Of a DNA stretch of 64,000 bases, positions 1 to 12,000 are shown piece after piece. Numbering within the stretch: the stretch's first letter is position 1; the number at the start of each line of letters is the position of its first letter. A program made the translations under genes and the position numbers. The notes beneath the pieces were generated by a model, which saw only the letters and a list, made by a program, of their open reading frames with translations, was not told where the DNA came from and did not search any database. The stretch is from Candidatus Omnitrophota bacterium (GTDB lineage: Bacteria; Omnitrophota; Omnitrophia; Omnitrophales; Aquincolibacteriaceae): contig JAUYMS010000030.1 in assembly GCA_030698625.1 (NCBI GenBank), positions 20,016 to 84,015 on the forward strand, read 5' to 3'.

Positions 1-15
1 GCACGCGGCGGCATC

Positions 16-3000
16 ATGATGCGTCAGGGAAAACTCGTGCGCGTAAGTTTTACCGATCCTGTTGTTATTCACGAGTTTGTGGACTATACGGATTCCGCAA
101 TTCAAGTGAATCGCAATTTTCAAGAGCGTGTCCGCAAGCTGGGTATTTCGATGCCGTCACATCCGGAGACGGACGAATACATTTACCGCAAGGACGTCGC
201 AACCATGATCCTGAGCGGGCTCAAAGGTGTGAACATCCCCGAAACCACGCTTGTAATGGCCGATCCGGACGAGCGGCTCGCGGAGCGTATCCGGAAAACA
301 AGAGCAGCCGATCCGGCGAATCTTGAAATCATAGAAGTCAGTCCGCGCGACTGGAGCATTCACGAAAAGGTCCGCCGCATCCTCGATGATTTTCTGAAGC
401 CGCCGGGCAGGGAAGAGGCGGTGCTGAAGCCGCACCACGGCAGCGGCGGTGTCGACGTAATGATCTTTGGACGGGAGAACCTGGAACTGGCGATCAATCA
501 CGCGCTGCGTCTTCTGCGATCGGGGAAGAACCTCATCCTTCAGGAAAGGATCCGCTCACCTTTGATACGGCATGAGGGTGTGCTTAAAGACTGGACCCTG
601 CGTGATTTTATTGCGCTTACGCCGGAGGAGGGGCGGACCGTCGTCAGCGACGTCCTGATCCGTTACGACCGGGCCGGCCGGCCCGTCAATATTACGCAAT
701 TCGCCGATGTGATGACGCGCGAAGACCTTGTTCTAAGCGAGATGGACGGCGACTTTGAGTGGAACAGAGAGAGGCTTGAGACCCTCAACCATGACCTGCG
801 AGAGACCGGCGAGCACATTTATGCACCTATAGCCCGGTTGATGAGGGAAGACGGTGTCCTCGGAGAAGACGAATATCCGACAGAATTCATGAGTGCCGAC
901 CTGATGTATGACGGCGGCAAGCTCTATGTCATTGAACTGAATAATGACAAGACGGGCGGGATGGGCTGGTTGAACGATCACCTGCGGCGCCGCGCCGAAG
1001 CCGGCGACAAAGATGCGGAGGCCCGAATCGGGGCCTCGGTGCGGGACTGGACCAATTATATGGTGCATCGTGCCGGTGTTTATAAGAGCACGATCCTCGG
1101 CATGGAGGCACAAACGGTTTCCGCCGCCGAGATTTATGCCGCTCTGCCCCGCGAACACCGCGACTATCTCGATATTATCGAGTTACTCGCAGAGGTGTCC
1201 GATTTCTTATATTTGCCGGTGAAGCCTAAACTTTCAGCGGTGCGCGAATGGGACGAAAAACGATTGAATCAGATGAAGCAAGCGCTCAGCCGCCTGATCG
1301 ACGGTAATTTCCGCAAGGATAACTTGAGGGAAATGCCCGCGAAGAGTCAGGCAAGACTGCTGGATTTGACGGCAAGGCTCGGCATAAAACTTGATCCTGC
1401 GGCTGTTCGAAGCGCGCTTGCACCGTCTCATGAAAGCGCGGCTGGATGGAGAGACGACAATACCGTCGAACTGAAAAGGCGCCGGGAACTCTTCGAGGAA
1501 ATTGAAGGGGCATTGCTGCGCTCGCCCTATGCGGAAAAACTGGCCGAGACTCTTCCCGGACGCAATATCGAAAAGACGACCGAGCAGATATTGGACGCCT
1601 TCCTCCGCACGCCGCGGCATCTGTTCGTCCCCGATCGTTTGCGCGAGCGTGCCTACGAGGACAAGGCTTTTCACGTCGGACTAGGCCAATCGATCTCACA
1701 GCCCAGCCTGATGGCGTTCGTTCTGGCTGTTTTAGACATTGATGAAAACAAGAAGGTCCTTGAGGTCGGCGCGGGGACCGGATGGTTTGCAGCATGGATG
1801 GGACGTCTCGCCAAAGAAGTCTATGCCGTCGAAAGAATTGAAGCCCTTACCGAACTCGCGCGCCAAAATATTGGAAATCTCGGCATCGAAAATGTGAGCG
1901 TTATCACCGGCGATGGACACAAGGGTCTGCCGGAAGAGGCGCCCTTCGACGCGATCGTGGTTTCGGCAAGTACGCCGAAAGTGCCCGACAACCTGCTCCG
2001 TCAGCTTTCGGCCGCCGGCGGCCGTATTGTGATTCCCTTAGAGAAAGGCAATGGACAGCAGGAGCTGACCCTGATTACGCGCTATGCTGACGAATACACA
2101 TACACACCGCTCCGGGAAGTGCGCTACGTGCCGCTGCTTGACGGAAACCGTGACGATTCTACCCGGTCCGAGCTGAGGGTTACGGTCGATCACATGGCCG
2201 CCAAGCTGCAGCGCGAGATTAGCAGCCGGGGCGGCCGTAACATTCGCGTGGAAATCTCACCTTCCCTCGGGGAGTGGCTTCGCCGCGATGCCGTTTTTCC
2301 GGCCGGCCTCTTCAACGGCTATGCGAGTTTTATCGAGGCCCTGAATTTTTCTCCCGACAACAAGGTGCGTATTATTTTTGCCAGCTGGAGTGACGAGCAT
2401 TTCAATGTCAGGATCGACGGCACATGGCGTTCCATTGAAGAAATGCGGGCTTTTGTCACGGATAAAAATATTGTGGTCCTTAACCTGAGGGAGGCTATGG
2501 CCGACCCCGACGGACTGCGTGATGACGCCTATCACGAGCTGGCCCACGTCAAAACATTCGAGCGTATTTATGACGTAGTGCAAACTGACGCGACCTATTA
2601 CGTGCTTGAGACCCTGGCGGATGCACTGCCTTATGAGGCGCTGTTGTCGAAAAACAAAACGGCCGCAAGAAAACACTTTAACCGTGTGATCCTGCCGCAA
2701 ATGCGCGGCTACACAGCAAAAGAATTACGCGGCGAAATGGCGGATCTCGCTACGGGCCGCTACCGGCACGCCGAGAAGCTCATCAAATTTCTGTTCTTCA
2801 CGAAGCGCTACGGGAAGGAGAAGGACTATGAGGCCTTCTTCGAACGCCTGCGGCAGCACTACCCTAAACGGGGAGTCGTGACCCGCTTGAAGACCGGTGC
2901 CGGCAAGATGGTCGACGAAATGAATAAGGCCCTCGACGACCTTGCGCAATTTGAGAAGACTGAAAAGACGATGGTCTACGACGCAATCGGCGCTTCCCGA

Positions 3001-6000
3001 AAAACCGCCGAGGCATTTTTAAAAGCCGTCAGCGGCCGCGGGCGTTCGGAACTGCGGGAGTCAACGCACGAGGATGCGTGGTTGACGCATCCGGCGGAAA
3101 CGGACTGGACGAAGCGTACTCCTTCGCAGATCGGTCTGTTGGTGCGTCTCATGCTGCAACGCGCCGAGATTAGCATAGACCGGTTAATGCAATTGCCTGC
3201 GGAAGAAGCCGAAAGGGTTTTCAGGGCCACGCCAATTGAGCCGCTCAGTAACGGCGAACCTTATACACTGGAGCCGCTGTATCGGGCCTATGACAATCTC
3301 CGCGAAGCCGAAGGCTCAACCCTCAGCACCTTACAGTTCCTGTTTTATAGAAACAGGATTCCGTTTAAGGGGCAGGAAAGCGCGGCACGGCGTCATATCC
3401 TGGATGAACACATCAGCGGCAATGAGCGGCAGTGGTTTTCAACGATTGCGCAGGAACTCGATTTCGAAGCATGGATGCATCTCTTCGACACCGACCAGGG
3501 CCAGGCCGCGCTTTTCCTGCTCCTGGCAAAACGCTACCCCGATTTTCCGAAGACCGCCTTGCTCGCCTTGATTAGTGAAAAGTTCATGGACTACGAAGAG
3601 CGCAACGGCATCGAGCCCTTTACGCGCGAGGTCTTGATGGGCGAGAGGACGGAAAAGGCCTTGGCAGCGTACTGGTCGGGCAATATTACGACACGACTCG
3701 AACAACAGGAAATCGAAGATTTGCGTGACACGATTGCCCGGCAAATCATTATTCGCATTCACAACTCCATTTGGGACAAGGCGCATAAGGTGAAGCGCGC
3801 CAGAGGAAAATCCGCTGCGCACAAAGCTGTCGAGATAGGCCGTCAGTGGTTTTCCGCGCGGCTAAATGACAGGGAGCATCCGGTGCCGCGTGATGTGCGC
3901 ACGATCTTTACTCGAATCAGAAAACATTACGACAAGCTGAGTCAGGTCAACTATCAGCGGCATGTGAAATTCCAGAACGGTAACGGGATGTCGCAGTTGA
4001 TGCTTCACCAGGTGGAAGGCATTTACTTTGCGCGCCATCAAAATGACGGCCGTGTCATCCTCGGTGACGAAATGGGCGTCGGTAAAACGGTGCAGTCCCT
4101 CATTGCCGCTGAGGATGCGGGTGCTGAGAGTGTGCTCATCGTGGCGCCGACCCGGTTACTGGCGAACTGGGAAAAAGAGATCAGGGACTGGTTGGGCAAG
4201 GACCAGAAAATTGCGGTTATTCGCGGGAGCGGGAAGGCGAAACTGCGTCAGATCGAAGAGGCCAAAGAGGCAGGTGCGCGGTTTATTTTGATCAATTACG
4301 AGGCCATGGCCAATGTCAAAGAGAGTAGGAATGGTGACGCCGTCGTTGATGCGCTTAATGACTGGGACTTTGATTTTCTGATTGCCGACGAAGTTCATTG
4401 GGTCAAGAACCCGAGCGCGGAGCGCACCAAGGGTTTCCGCAAGCTCAACAAGAAAAAGGCGAAGGCCATGTACCTCTCGGGAACTTCGGTGGTTAACGGT
4501 GTCGGCGATCTTTTTACGGCACTTAATGCGGTAGACCCCGAGCGTTTCCCCACGTTTAAGAAGTTCGTCGGAGAATTCACCGAAGACGGAAGGCGGGCGC
4601 GCGGAACCGTCTCGGACCCGCTGAAGTTTGCGCAGCTGAACGTCGAGCTCAACCAGAAATACTTCCTGCGCCGGACGCTCGAGCAGGTCATGGGGCATTT
4701 GCCGAAAAAACATGACCTCGAAGAGATTCATATCGGGCTGGATCCCGAGCAGATCGAAGTCATGGAGGATGTGGAGGAGCATAATGATCTCCTGCGCAAA
4801 GGGGAGCTCGAAATTGATGACGACGAAGAGCTGCCCGAAAACGGTAAAAGGGGACCCAGCCGCGGTTTCGGGCCCTATGAGATTCAAAAGCAGGTCTTGA
4901 TCGACCTCGAGCTTCTGAACGGCATGGATTACAAACATTCGGATCCGCCAAAGTACCGGGCCGCGCTTCAGAAAGTGCGTGAGGTCATCGCGAAGGGTGA
5001 CAGGATTTACATCACGAGCCGGTACCGCAAAGTGATTTATCGCCTGCGTGAGTTTCTCGCCGATGCCATCGGTGCAGATGCGATCAGCTATATCGTCAGC
5101 AGCGAACACGACGGCGTGGAGCAGGACGCGATTGTCCGCGAGTTCAACGAGAACCAAAAGAAGAAGGTCTTTCTTTCCACCTATGGAATCGGCGGTGAGG
5201 GATTGACTCTCAAAGCAAACCATGTGCTCTTTGTCGATCTGCCTTATACGCCCGCAAAGATGAATCAGGTTATCGGCCGCGTTTATCGCTATGGACAGGA
5301 GAAGGAAGTTTATGTCTACGCCCTCGTGGTTCCCGATACCGTTGATGAAGATATTTTGGATATCTTGAGCCGGAAGGAATCCCTTTTCGATCAGATTATT
5401 CGCGGCAAGCTCAATGTCGAAGATACGCGGAAGATGCTCAAGCACCTGGAAGAGCAGGAAGACAGACGTTCGGGGCGGAAGTCTCAGGCCCAGAAGGCGC
5501 GGGCGCGCATTGCCGACATCTACAATCTTCTCAACGAGGGTGAAAACGAACTCGCCCAACGGGAATGGGACGACTTCATGGAACTTTACGAAGAAGCCAT
5601 TGAAGACGTCGCGGCCACGGCGGCCACCCAAGCCCTTTACTCCTACATGCTGCAGGAACATGACGGCAATCGAATCGATCTCGGTTACAAGTCAGACGAT
5701 TATGAAAACCCGCGCTGGGGCTTTCTTGCCTCGGGGCCGTCGGTCGATCTCCGTGTCCTCAGACAAATGCAGGAGCACTTTTCGGAGCGGGGGGTTGCAG
5801 TAGAAGGAATTGATTACTACGAACTCGACTCGTCCGCCAAAGCCCGTGCCCTCGGACATGCCTGGCAGGTCACGAAATCATTCCCGAATCGGCCGAGCAG
5901 TCAGCTGACTTACGACCTCTATAACGATAACCTGCCTCAAAATCAGTTCGATTTTGTGAGCTCCTCAGAAATCGCCAGGCCGCGCCCGCGAATCAAAAAC

Positions 6001-9000
6001 AAGAAAGGCATCAGCATGAAACTTTGGGCGCTCTCCCAGATGGTGCAGTCCGCCACCGCAGGCGGCCTTGTTCTTATCTGGGATCATCACGGGGCTTTTT
6101 CGAAGAAGGCCATGGATTTTCTGTCGAACGAAGAGACCTTTGATCTGGAAATTATTAACACCGAGGGTTCGGCCATAAAGATTCCCGGTCTGGATGAGGC
6201 GACGCGCAACATGGTCGACGGGGTTACCTTTATTTTGGCGCGCAAGCGCAGTCACAAAACTTTCAGCGTTGAGGACCTGAAACGCATTCAGAAAAAATGG
6301 CCCGATGGTCTGCATATCGACCGGGATCAGCAGCTGGGTAGCAGGATTGCCAAGAGACGGCCGTTGAAAATGACGGACGAGGCACCGGATGACAAACCGC
6401 GCAGGGGAGTGCTCGATGTCATTACGCCCGGCGCTCCGGCGGGCCTCATCTCTTTGGTGCAGCGAGTGATCAAGAACAAAAAGCGCACCGGGGCCGACCA
6501 AAATATGGAGGAACGCCTCATCGAAGTGTTTGAAATTCTGCGCAGCGGTTCAAGAAAACCCGAAGACGTTCGGAAGCTTCATGAGCACCTTCGCAAGATT
6601 CTCGAACGCGGTCTGGAGCCCGACGGGATCAGGATCTTGCTCAGCCGCGTCAAGCGCTACAAGCGTTATCAGAATCGCAAGGACTTGAATGCGGTGATTG
6701 CCATGCTTGAAGGCACCCTCGCCAAGGCTGATGATGAGACCGAGCCCCGTGAAAAGGGCGAAAAGGAGACGGGAGGAAAAGGCGCCGGCGCAAGTAAACG
6801 CGGCCGTCGTCCGGGGAATGAACTGCCGAAAATTATTATCAATGACGGAGACGTGCTTCAAGCCCTGTCGTTACAGGGGATCATCTTCCGTAAGAGCTCC
6901 AAGTCGATTCGCACGGGTGTTCATGTGGAAGGCGCCACGGTATGGGTGGACCCTTACCTTATCGCTTCTCGCGTGCTCTCGCCGGAAGAACGGCAGTATA
7001 TCCTGCAGCTTCTCGTCTATATGCACCTCGAGCTGGTTCACCCCGACAATCCCGCGGCCGCGCTGCTCGTGGGTCTGCGGCATTTCCGCGAGCTCCTGGA
7101 CAAGGACGAGGTTCACGCTGCGCTCCAGAAAATGGAGCCGGATAAGACGAATATCTTTTACTTCTTTTTTGACAGCCATGATCTGCCGACCTGGCAGGAA
7201 GTGGAGCAAATCATCGCGGTGGACCCGTCAAGTGTGCCGCCTTACCGTGTGCAGGATATTCTTGGGCGCTTTACTCAATTTTTGCTGAAGCACCGTAGTT
7301 CCGAACACCTGCCGCCGGAATTGCCGGATGAGGGCGCGATTCCCGCGTTGCTCGTGAAGGCTGGTGAAATCGACGGAAAGCACGGCAAGAAAATAGCCGC
7401 CGCGCGTAAGACGCAACCCAAGAAGATGCGCTCGAAGCATCGTCAGGAAGAGAGTCTGCGCATCGTGGAAAGGGTTCTGGCGGCGCATCAGATTACCATT
7501 ACCGATTGGAATGACGATGCGGCGGCCGACGTCATTCGCGAGAGAATGCTCACCGGTCCGGTAAATCACGACAGCCTGTGGCGGTACTTTCACGAACCCC
7601 TGCTTCGCGTCAACCAAGACTGGCGTGCCAGTGAGGAAGCCAAGGAACGCGTGCAGACCGTCTATCGCGCGCTATTGCCGATGCAATTTAGAGCGGTTCT
7701 CAAAGCCGGCAGTTATCGATGGGATGAATCTCGGGAAAAGTTGAATGAGGCGTGGATGAACGAGAGGGATTACCTCACGCTCGGCGAGGAGATGAAACAG
7801 CAGAACGGCGACTATGTGGAAGATGCATTCTGGAAGCGGCGGGAACAGGATCTGGGAATTAAGAACGGGATGAACGAACGGCGCTGGGCCATGTCGGCTC
7901 GTGCAGGCATTCGCAAAGGGTTCAGTGAAGAGACCAACACCGAGATTATTCGGGGATTCCGGGCCTATTTGACCAATCCGCTTTCGCTCTTCGAAGAGAA
8001 TGAGGTGATCGCCCCGTATGCGGAGATCTCCGTGAAGGTCGCCGACATTCCGGGCGCGAAAGGTTCCCGCGTCAGCATCGCGTTTGAAGATCGGGAAGTT
8101 GCTTATCTCGGCACCGGTTACAGCGAAGACAATTTGATCGGGCGCTGGTATGTCGTCCAGAAATTCCCTTCGTCCGAAGTCGAGTATCAGGATAAAGATC
8201 TAAGGGCCATCGATGATATTCTTTTGGAGCTGAAATACCATTTTGAGAAAATAGATACACTGACGCGTTCTCAGCATCGCGAGTTTGTCCCGCATTACAG
8301 CTCACCCTTCTTTGCCGACTCGGCGCGCCTTATGTCGCAGTTGGACTCCAATGAACTCGGCCTGAACCGGGACCGCTTCGGCGGAGACGCCATGAAGATT
8401 GTTAATATCTTGATACCCATTCTCAAAGGCACGGGCACCTCGGACGAAGCGAAGACAGCGGCTCGGAGGTTTTTGACCGCGGTCGCCCCAAGCATGGCGG
8501 ACGAAATCGCCGAAGGCTCAATCGACAAGACGCTCCTTAGCAGAGCAATTCTCACGGAGAGGAAAATTCAGGTTGATTACGAAGACAAATACCGGGAGGG
8601 AGGTTTTTCGGACGAGGAACAGCAGCTGGAAACGGACAAAGTCAGGCACGCATCGATTATGGCGAGGCATGTGGCCAAACTCGCACTTACCGAACAGTCG
8701 CAACAAGCCCTTATCGCCGACTTTGTCGAGAAACACGCCGGCGATTTCCCCGAAGGACTAAAAGCAGAGGACTTACGGATAGACATTGTTTGGAACCAGA
8801 CACTTCGTGATGAAGGGATTCAGGAGCGCGCGGCGGTATTCGCCTCTCATTCTAATGTTCGCATCATACGCGATGACGAAGTCCTGGCGGTTCTCGGACT
8901 TAACTTTATGCCGGGCGACATGCAGGGCCGGTGGCATCTGAGCCAGAAGTTGTACAAGAACGGTAAGTTTGAATTCCCGAGAGGTAAGTTTATCCGCACG

Positions 9001-12000
9001 GGGCAGATGGATGCGGCAGAGCGAGAGGCGGGGATTGATCTCGGCCTATTGCGGCATCAGGGAGTGGTCATCGGACGGCCGAACTATAAATCACTCGTGC
9101 TGGTCGAGAATCCGGCTAAAGAGGGGCAGGTGTTTGTCCTGCGCATGACGACGCCCGGGAGTTTGTTCGGGACGGCCGCAGATCGTGAGCCCGTTACGAA
9201 GATTGACATCGCCCAAGATGCGGTTTACAGGATGCCGGACAGTGGAGTGGTGCTTCACGTCAAAGACGGCCTGATAACCGTTAAGGCCGAAGTCAAACCG
9301 GGCGCGTGGGAAAGTTACCACTGGATTTACCACGCCGTTTTTGACGCAGACGAGTGGCCGCAAATGGACTTCCCCGAATTTAGCGGCGGCGACTTTATTG
9401 TCGACGATGAGGTCCGCGACGTGGCCCTGCAGAAAGTCGAGCGATGGTCTCAGGATACGACTTATGCCGCCATTACGGCGGCGGATGTGGCGGACGGCCC
9501 GCTTTTCTTCCGGCCGAGCGCGGAGGCGGCCTACGGCCTTGCGGCCGTCAGGAACCCTTGGCTGGATGATTCAATTCTCATTTTTCAGACAGACATCGAC
9601 GGCCGCATGATCGCGCCCAGTCCCAAACCGATCCTCGGTGTGGATCTCGACGCGAATGAGACATGGCGGAGTCCTATTAGGGGTGTCGGACGTGATGGGA
9701 AGACACTGTACTTTTGGCTGCATCCGCAAACGGGTTCGATCTACTGGGCGCATTTTGAGATCAATAACGGGGCATCGTCGGCTGAACCGCCTTCAGATGG
9801 AGACGAGATCGTACACCCTGCTTATCCTTTCAAAGAGGGGCATTTGGAGCAGGCCGCGAATGCAAGGGCCGGTATTATTCAAATCCAAGATAAGGGAGGC
9901 CGGAGCGGTGTTCGTGACGTCTATGAAATTAGCCGCGATGTCTTGGCCCATGACGGGGTCATAGTCACTTACTATTCAACCATGAATCGCTATGCCGGTG
10001 TTAGTCACCTGCATGTCATCCAGAGCCGCGAAAATCCGAATCTGGTCTATATCTACGGTCTTGACGAAAATTTCCGTTATGTGCCTCGCGACGAGCGTGA
10101 CCACTTGCATGTTCTGGATCTCAGAAACCCCGATTCGCGTACCACCGATGCTGATCGCAGGGGAAACATCACATTCAAGGTCATTAATGCGGGTAATGCC
10201 CTGAAAATTATCCGTTCTCACAGTGATATGGAAGGCCAGAGAGCGCGCGGCGAAGAGGTTTATGCCGCCAAGTTCGTGCCGGATGATGAAGGCGACGACG
10301 ATTGGAAAACGATTCAGAGCATACTAAATGCAGCGGCCGTGATAAACGGCAATGCACAGTTCCCGCATTATGATTCGCCTGTCTTCGGGGAATTTGTAAG
10401 GAAAATCCTGCACGAACTGAGTCCCGAGGAACTGGGCAGCCGTGATGGAAGCACGCACCGCAGATTCCACGAGCGCGGTAAAAACCTGATCGAGCCGTTG
10501 CTCGTGATGGCGGAGAGCACGACGGCGCCGGCTAGGGTGAGAGACACGGCGAAAAAAATGCTCATCGCGTTTGCGCCCGAGATGCGCCGTCAGATTCTTG
10601 CGGGTAATATCGACCGCCAGCAGCTCATGCGTGAGCTCATCGGCGAAAAAACAGAATATGTCGGACTCGAAAGAAATCTACAGGCCGAAGGATCCACAAG
10701 GGAAAAGCAGGCCCTCGAAAACATGCGGTTACCCAATGCGAGGTTCGCCTCGATTCTCGCGCGATACAATTCCGCCCTTAAGCTCGACGCAAAGGCCCGC
10801 GACTTACTCCTCGACGACTTTATGGAAAAACACGGACAAGGTCTTGACCGAGAAACTCTGAGGGTCGAGGTCGCACAGGAGCAGGAAATAGAAGATTACA
10901 CATCCGGCGGCGGCTTTCTCGACCATGTAAGCGATTTGGTTTCACGCATCCGCATCATTGACGGCGAGGAGCCGCTCGCCGAACTTGGTGTCATGTACAG
11001 CGAAGACGATATGCAGGGTGAGTGGCGCTTGCTGAAGGATGCCGGCCGGGAAAGTGTCCCGACTGGCAGCTACTTATTTCCCGAAGGCGAATTCAAAAAA
11101 AATAAGTTGATGCCCAAGAATGCGACGGAGATCAATCCCGAGGACTGGAATGACGGCGCGATTGTCTTCCAACAGTTGGGAAGCGCCTATGCTCCCTCGC
11201 CGATTGCTCTCGTGCCTTCCTTCGTAGATCCGAATAAGATTCTCGTCCTTCCCGTTACGAGCCATTTCAGGACATTTAAAGAAACAGCACTCAGAGAACC
11301 GCTCGGCGTGCTGGACCTGAGCAACCCTTCGGAGGACTACCTTAAGGTTTCGTTCTGGCCCGATCGCCAGGACCTTCAGGGGAGGGAAACCCTGCTGCGC
11401 GTCATTGACGGCGGTAAGGTGGAAGTCGTGCAGTTAAACGGCGAAGCGGTCCCCACGATGTCCCGTGCGGCCTTCGGCGCGGATGATTGGACGCAGGTGC
11501 CCATGGCCGAAGTGGTGGGCGGCACGTTCAAACGCGGTCCAAAATTGCAGTCGAAGGACCCCAGGAAATTTGCTTATTTGGCCCGTAAGAAGTTTGAGAA
11601 CGGGCGGTCCCTGATGATTCGTGAGCCGGAGGATACCTATCTCGTGGCAGGTCAGAATCCTTGGGATGCAAAGTCGGTCATCGTTTTCCGTACGGATGCG
11701 GAAGGCCACATGCTCGACGAAATGGACGGCCGGCCGATTCTGGCCTTTTCTACGATCAAGGCAGGCGTTCACCAAGTCGGAGACATCCATTTTCAGTTTG
11801 ATGACTTCGTGGTTGATGGTCTCATGGCAATGCGGAAGGGCGAAGGCGAAGACGAAGAAACAGCGGCCTATGAAGCGACTTTTGTTCCCGGCCCGGAACC
11901 GTATCCTTTCTTAGGCGGAAATTTCGCACCCAAAGCAGGTCAAGAACTCGAAGGGATTGAAATTACCGGCGGCGGCATCACGGAAGAATATGAGATCAGC

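Noticed and set aside
4156-5661. 501-aa antisense ORF (and dozens of other minus-strand or off-frame ORFs, such as 25534..26826, 23647..24267 and 12202..12648) inside the giant gene
   Set aside because: They lie entirely within the continuous, motif-rich + strand reading frame of a high-GC gene where stop-free antisense frames arise by chance. None shows a recognisable motif or translation signals.
7021-7040. HLELVH in the giant protein as a metallopeptidase motif
   Set aside because: The spacing is HxExxH, not HExxH. It is not a recognised zinc-binding signature.
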